The notes under the pieces are model-generated. The model had not been told where the DNA came from and searched no databases. It saw nothing but the letters and a program-made list of their open reading frames with translations. Source: an uncultured Oscillospiraceae bacterium (lineage in GTDB: Bacteria; Bacillota; Clostridia; Oscillospirales; Oscillospiraceae). Taken from it: a stretch of 47,458 bases of DNA. Of this stretch, positions 44,236 to 47,458 are shown piece after piece. The position numbers and the translations under genes were made by a program. Position 1 is the stretch's first letter. Each line of letters begins with the position of its first letter. Where the stretch lies: contig CALWYR010000117.1 in assembly GCA_944385805.1 (NCBI GenBank), positions 1-47,458 of the forward strand. Reading direction: 5' to 3'.

Positions 44236-45114
44236 TCACTCCACATTCTGTATCTGCTCGCGTATCTTCTCTATCTCGGCCTTCAGGTCGACGACCACGC
44301 GGGCGATGTCCGCGTTCTGGCATTTGGAGCCGATGGTGTTGCTCTCGCGGTTGAGCTCCTGGATGAGGAAGTCCATCTTGCGCCCTATCGGCGAGACGCC
44401 GCCGGCCATGCCGCGCAGCTGGGAGATGTGGCTGCGCAGGCGCACTGTCTCCTCGTCAACGGCGACGCGGTCGGCGAAGACGGCGCACTCTGTGAGCACG
44501 CGCGCGTCGTCCACCGGCAGGCCGGCGAGGGTCTCGCGCAGCTTCTGCTCCAGGCGGGCGCGGTACTCGGCGACGGTCTGCGTCGCGCGCTCCTCGACAA
44601 TGCCGGTGAGGCGGCCTATCTCGTCCAGTCGGCCGAGCACGTCGTCGCGCAGCTTCTCGCCTTCGCGCTCGCGCATGGCGTCGTAGCCCGCCAGGGCCTC
44701 CTCCAATATATCCAGCAATCCGCCGAGCAGCTCGTCCGTATCGAGCTCGCGCCGTTCGGTGCTGAGCACCTCGGGCAGGCGGCACACGTTCATAACGCTG
44801 ATGTCGTCGGCGAGGCCGTGCTCGTCGCGCACCTTCTCCAGCGCAGCGAGGTAGCCGCGCAGCAGCGCTTCGTTTACGCGCACCTCCACGCTGTCGGAGG
44901 CGGAGGCGTCGGCGGTGATGAAGACGTCGACCTTGCCGCGGCTGATATGGCGGCCGACGGCGGCCTTGACGGGCTCCTCGGCAAACATCAGCGCGCGCGG
45001 CAGCTTGACCGAGACGTCAAGATAGCGGTTGTTCACACTCTTGAGCTCCACGCTGAGGGCGAGGCCCGCGGCCTCTCCCTTGGCGGAGCCGTAACCAGTC
45101 ATGCTCCTTATCAT
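44236..45114 (-). CDS. yicC: YicC/YloC-family stress-induced endoribonuclease
   Basis: MIRSMTGYG start and C-terminal DFLIQELNRESNTIGSK...EKIREQIQNVE. Confidence 0.85.
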   Translation of the reverse strand: MIRSMTGYGSAKGEAAGLALSVELKSVNNRYLDVSVKLPRALMFAEEPVKAAVGRHISRGKVDVFITADASASDSVEVRVNEALLRGYLAALEKVRDEHGLADDISVMNVCRLPEVLSTERRELDTDELLGGLLDILEEALAGYDAMREREGEKLRDDVLGRLDEIGRLTGIVEERATQTVAEYRARLEQKLRETLAGLPVDDARVLTECAVFADRVAVDEETVRLRSHISQLRGMAGGVSPIGRKMDFLIQELNRESNTIGSKCQNADIARVVVDLKAEIEKIREQIQNVE

Positions 45115-45115
45115 A

Positions 45116-45535
45116 TCACGCCGCCTCGTGCCCTATGACCCGGGTAATGTTGTAGGTTATGGGATTCTTCTTCTGCCTCCTGCCGACAAGGACGGTAATG
45201 AGCATGCCCACGGCGAAGGCGGCGAAGCTCACAACCATGCTCAGTCCCTCGCCGAGCGAGAAGGCGGCGGCGATGGCGTAGCCAATGAAGAAGAGCACGA
45301 AGGGCACGACGTAGACCAGCACGGCGGCGCCGAGTATGCGCGAGGTGGTGGCCTCTATCTCAACGCGGTCGCCGGGCTGCGCGCCAATCTCGTTGGTGGC
45401 CTCTACGCGTATTTTGCTCGTGTAGTGGCAGGCCTCGCAGCTGCCGCAGTCGCCGCCGCAGGCTGTGCCGCGCATGACCTCGACCTCGGCCCTGTCGGGC
45501 GCGGTCACACGCTTGAGTATGGCAAATTGAGTCAT
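45116..45535 (-). CDS. RseC/MucC-family (SoxR-reducing system) membrane protein
   Basis: 139 aa. N-terminal Cys cluster CGGDCGSCEAC, then two TM helices. Confidence 0.6.
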   Translation of the reverse strand: MTQFAILKRVTAPDRAEVEVMRGTACGGDCGSCEACHYTSKIRVEATNEIGAQPGDRVEIEATTSRILGAAVLVYVVPFVLFFIGYAIAAAFSLGEGLSMVVSFAAFAVGMLITVLVGRRQKKNPITYNITRVIGHEAA

Positions 45536-45546
45536 TATTCAGTCTC

Positions 45547-46797
45547 CTATCTGCTGATATCAAAGGTAAGCCGGTAGTGTCCCACCGCGCCGACGTTGAG
45601 CGCGCCGTCCACGCGTATCTCCACATGGGAGGTATCCATTGTGCCGGTGGCTGTGGTGTCAGTGAGGTCGGCCACGGCGCTGAGGTTGGTTGAGCTTATC
45701 TTGTCGAGGTCCTCCGCTTTTCCGCGCAGTCGCACGGTCAGCGAGTGGGTGACGAGCTCGGCCTGATAGCCCTCGGGCAGGCCGGTGTAGCTGATGTTGC
45801 TGATGGTGTAGCTCCTGACCTCCACGCCCGTCACCTCGGCCGTCACCGTGACGGTCTCGATGCCGGAGAGGTTCTCCACGTCGTTGGGCAGGACGACGGG
45901 CAGCTCATACTCGCGCGTGAGCTCGAACTCCGTGAGGTCGATGGGGCCAATCTCTATCCTGTTGTAGCTGTCCACGGTGGCGGCGTCCCCGGCGATGGTG
46001 ATGGTTTGGATGTCGCCTGTGTCGAGCCTGGTGTTGCCGCGCGTCGCGCCCGCGCCCTCTATGAGGGTCACGTAGATGGGCACTTCCTTAATCTTACTGA
46101 TGGGGATAGTTACGCTGATGGTGTCGAAGTCGAACTCCAGCCCGTCCTTGTCTATCTCGTTGCCGTCGGCGTCGCGCAGGCTGTAGGGCGCTTCGACCGT
46201 GCGCGTGGCGTCCAGATCCATGAGCTCGACCTCGGCGTAGACGTGGTCGATGGTCTCCAGCACGCTCTGCGGGCCGCTGATTGTAACGCTCTGCGGCTCA
46301 AACTCGATGTCGCCGAGCATGTAGCCCTCGGCCACCGAGCCGGTGAAGGCCGCCTCAACGGGCACGATCTTGTCGTCCATGCGCGTGACCTGGTAGCTTA
46401 TCGTCGAGGGCGAGGAGCGCACTACGCGCACGGCCGAGGCGTCCACCCCGTCTGGATAGACGAGGTTATAGCTCTGGGTGTTGTTGCTCGTGGAGGTGAA
46501 GCGGGAGACGTCTATCACCGCCTGGACGTCGGCGGAGGAGAGGTTGCCTATGTTGAGCCGCGTGCCGCGGATAGTGACGTCGACGGTGCGCGTGCTCACG
46601 TCCGTGATGACGAGCCCGCGCGTCGCCTGCAGATCCTCCTCGCCGGCGAAAACGACCTGTACGCCCGAGAGCGAGACATCGATCTCCTCTTCCTGCGTCG
46701 CGGTCATGTACAACCAGATCGCCAGGGCGGCGACGAGGGAGATGACGGCCCAGAATATGTTGTTGTTGAAGAGCTTACTTACCTTCTTCTTTGTCAT
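45547..46797 (-). CDS. cdaR: YbbR-domain protein CdaR (regulator of diadenylate cyclase)
   Basis: N-terminal TM segment and repeated YbbR-like beta domains. It lies immediately downstream of cdaA and overlaps it. Confidence 0.8.
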   Translation of the reverse strand: MTKKKVSKLFNNNIFWAVISLVAALAIWLYMTATQEEEIDVSLSGVQVVFAGEEDLQATRGLVITDVSTRTVDVTIRGTRLNIGNLSSADVQAVIDVSRFTSTSNNTQSYNLVYPDGVDASAVRVVRSSPSTISYQVTRMDDKIVPVEAAFTGSVAEGYMLGDIEFEPQSVTISGPQSVLETIDHVYAEVELMDLDATRTVEAPYSLRDADGNEIDKDGLEFDFDTISVTIPISKIKEVPIYVTLIEGAGATRGNTRLDTGDIQTITIAGDAATVDSYNRIEIGPIDLTEFELTREYELPVVLPNDVENLSGIETVTVTAEVTGVEVRSYTISNISYTGLPEGYQAELVTHSLTVRLRGKAEDLDKISSTNLSAVADLTDTTATGTMDTSHVEIRVDGALNVGAVGHYRLTFDISR

Positions 46798-47458
46798 TTT
46801 TCTTCACCTTGAGGCTCTTCAGAGAGTCTATAAGTCCGAGGACGCCGCGCCGCTTGGCGGTCGCGTCCGTTTCCGGCATCAGCTCCGCGCGGAGAATTTT
46901 CCCGAAGGTCTCCGGCGTCAGGTGGCGCTTGAGCATGCCGTCCATGGCCACGGAGATGGAGCCCGTCTCCTCGCTGACGATGGCGACTACGGCGTCGGAG
47001 TGCTCGCTCATGCCGATACCGGCGCGGTGGCGCATGCCGAGGTCGGAGCTGAGCGAGGCGTTCTTCGAGAGCGGGAGCATGCAGCCGGCGGCGGCTATCC
47101 TGCCCTCGCGGATTATCACGGCGCCGTCGTGCAGCGGCGAGTTGACGAAAAAGAGGTTGCGCAGCAGCTCACTGGAGACGTCGGCGTTGACGATGGTGCC
47201 TGTGGCGATGGGGTCGTTGAGCGAGCTCATGCGCTCGAAGACTATCAGCGCCCCGGTGCGCGACTCGGACATGCTCGCGCAGGCGAGGACGGTCTGGTTT
47301 ATCACCGACTCCATCGTCGCCGGGACGCCGGGCGCGCCGAAAAAGTAAGCGAACTTGCCGGAACCCATGCGCTCGAGCAGCCGGCGTATCTCCGGCTGGA
47401 ATATAACCACAATGGCGATGAGGCCGAGCTCGACGATGCGGCGCATGAGGCTGTTGAC
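46775..47458 (-). CDS. cdaA: Diadenylate cyclase CdaA (DisA_N domain); 5' end lies outside the window
   Basis: HDGAVIIREGRIAAAGCMLPLS and LGMRHRAGIGMSEHSDAVVAIVSEETGSIS. The frame stays open to the window edge. Confidence 0.9.
   Translation of the reverse strand, partial: VNSLMRRIVELGLIAIVVIFQPEIRRLLERMGSGKFAYFFGAPGVPATMESVINQTVLACASMSESRTGALIVFERMSSLNDPIATGTIVNADVSSELLRNLFFVNSPLHDGAVIIREGRIAAAGCMLPLSKNASLSSDLGMRHRAGIGMSEHSDAVVAIVSEETGSISVAMDGMLKRHLTPETFGKILRAELMPETDATAKRRGVLGLIDSLKSLKVKKNDKEEGK

Overview
This is a 47.5-kb chromosomal segment from a high-GC, endospore-forming Firmicute, probably a member of Clostridia (Oscillospiraceae/Ruminococcaceae-like). That placement is inferred from gene content and synteny only. 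Coding density is high and most genes are housekeeping.

Main blocks:
- A long minus-strand block at 33.7-47.5 kb: cdaA-cdaR-rseC-like-yicC-remA-gmk-rpoZ-priA-def-fmt-rsmB-rlmN-stp-prkC-rsgA.
- tgt-yajC, xerD, aspartate aminotransferase, an amidase coupled to radA, fba / phosphofructokinase, asd-dapA-dapB and queA.
- Many sporulation genes are interspersed: cotJ(A/B)-cotJC, a BclA-like collagen protein, spoIIM-like, cwlD-like, spoIID-like, spoVM and a SipL/SpoVID-like LysM protein.

I see one tRNA, tRNA-Pro(CGG). I see no rRNA, CRISPR array, IS/transposase, prophage or recognisable defence island. I therefore cannot point to one clear-cut novel system.

The observations most worth follow-up are:
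1. A tandemly duplicated ~141-nt three-hairpin non-coding element abutting tRNA-Pro, with compensatory changes between the copies.
2. A spore-surface module: a Cys-rich collagen-like protein with an embedded CBM5/12-like insert, plus a TPR-glycosyltransferase and a TylF-type methyltransferase.
3. A P1B-type ATPase homologue in which every catalytic motif is replaced.
4. fmt interrupted by a single in-frame TAG.
5. An untracked spoVM-like 25-codon ORF with neighbouring small ORFs.
6. A ~300-bp lower-GC gap between convergent genes that folds into a long rod-like hairpin.

All family assignments come from motif recognition by eye. No database search was run.
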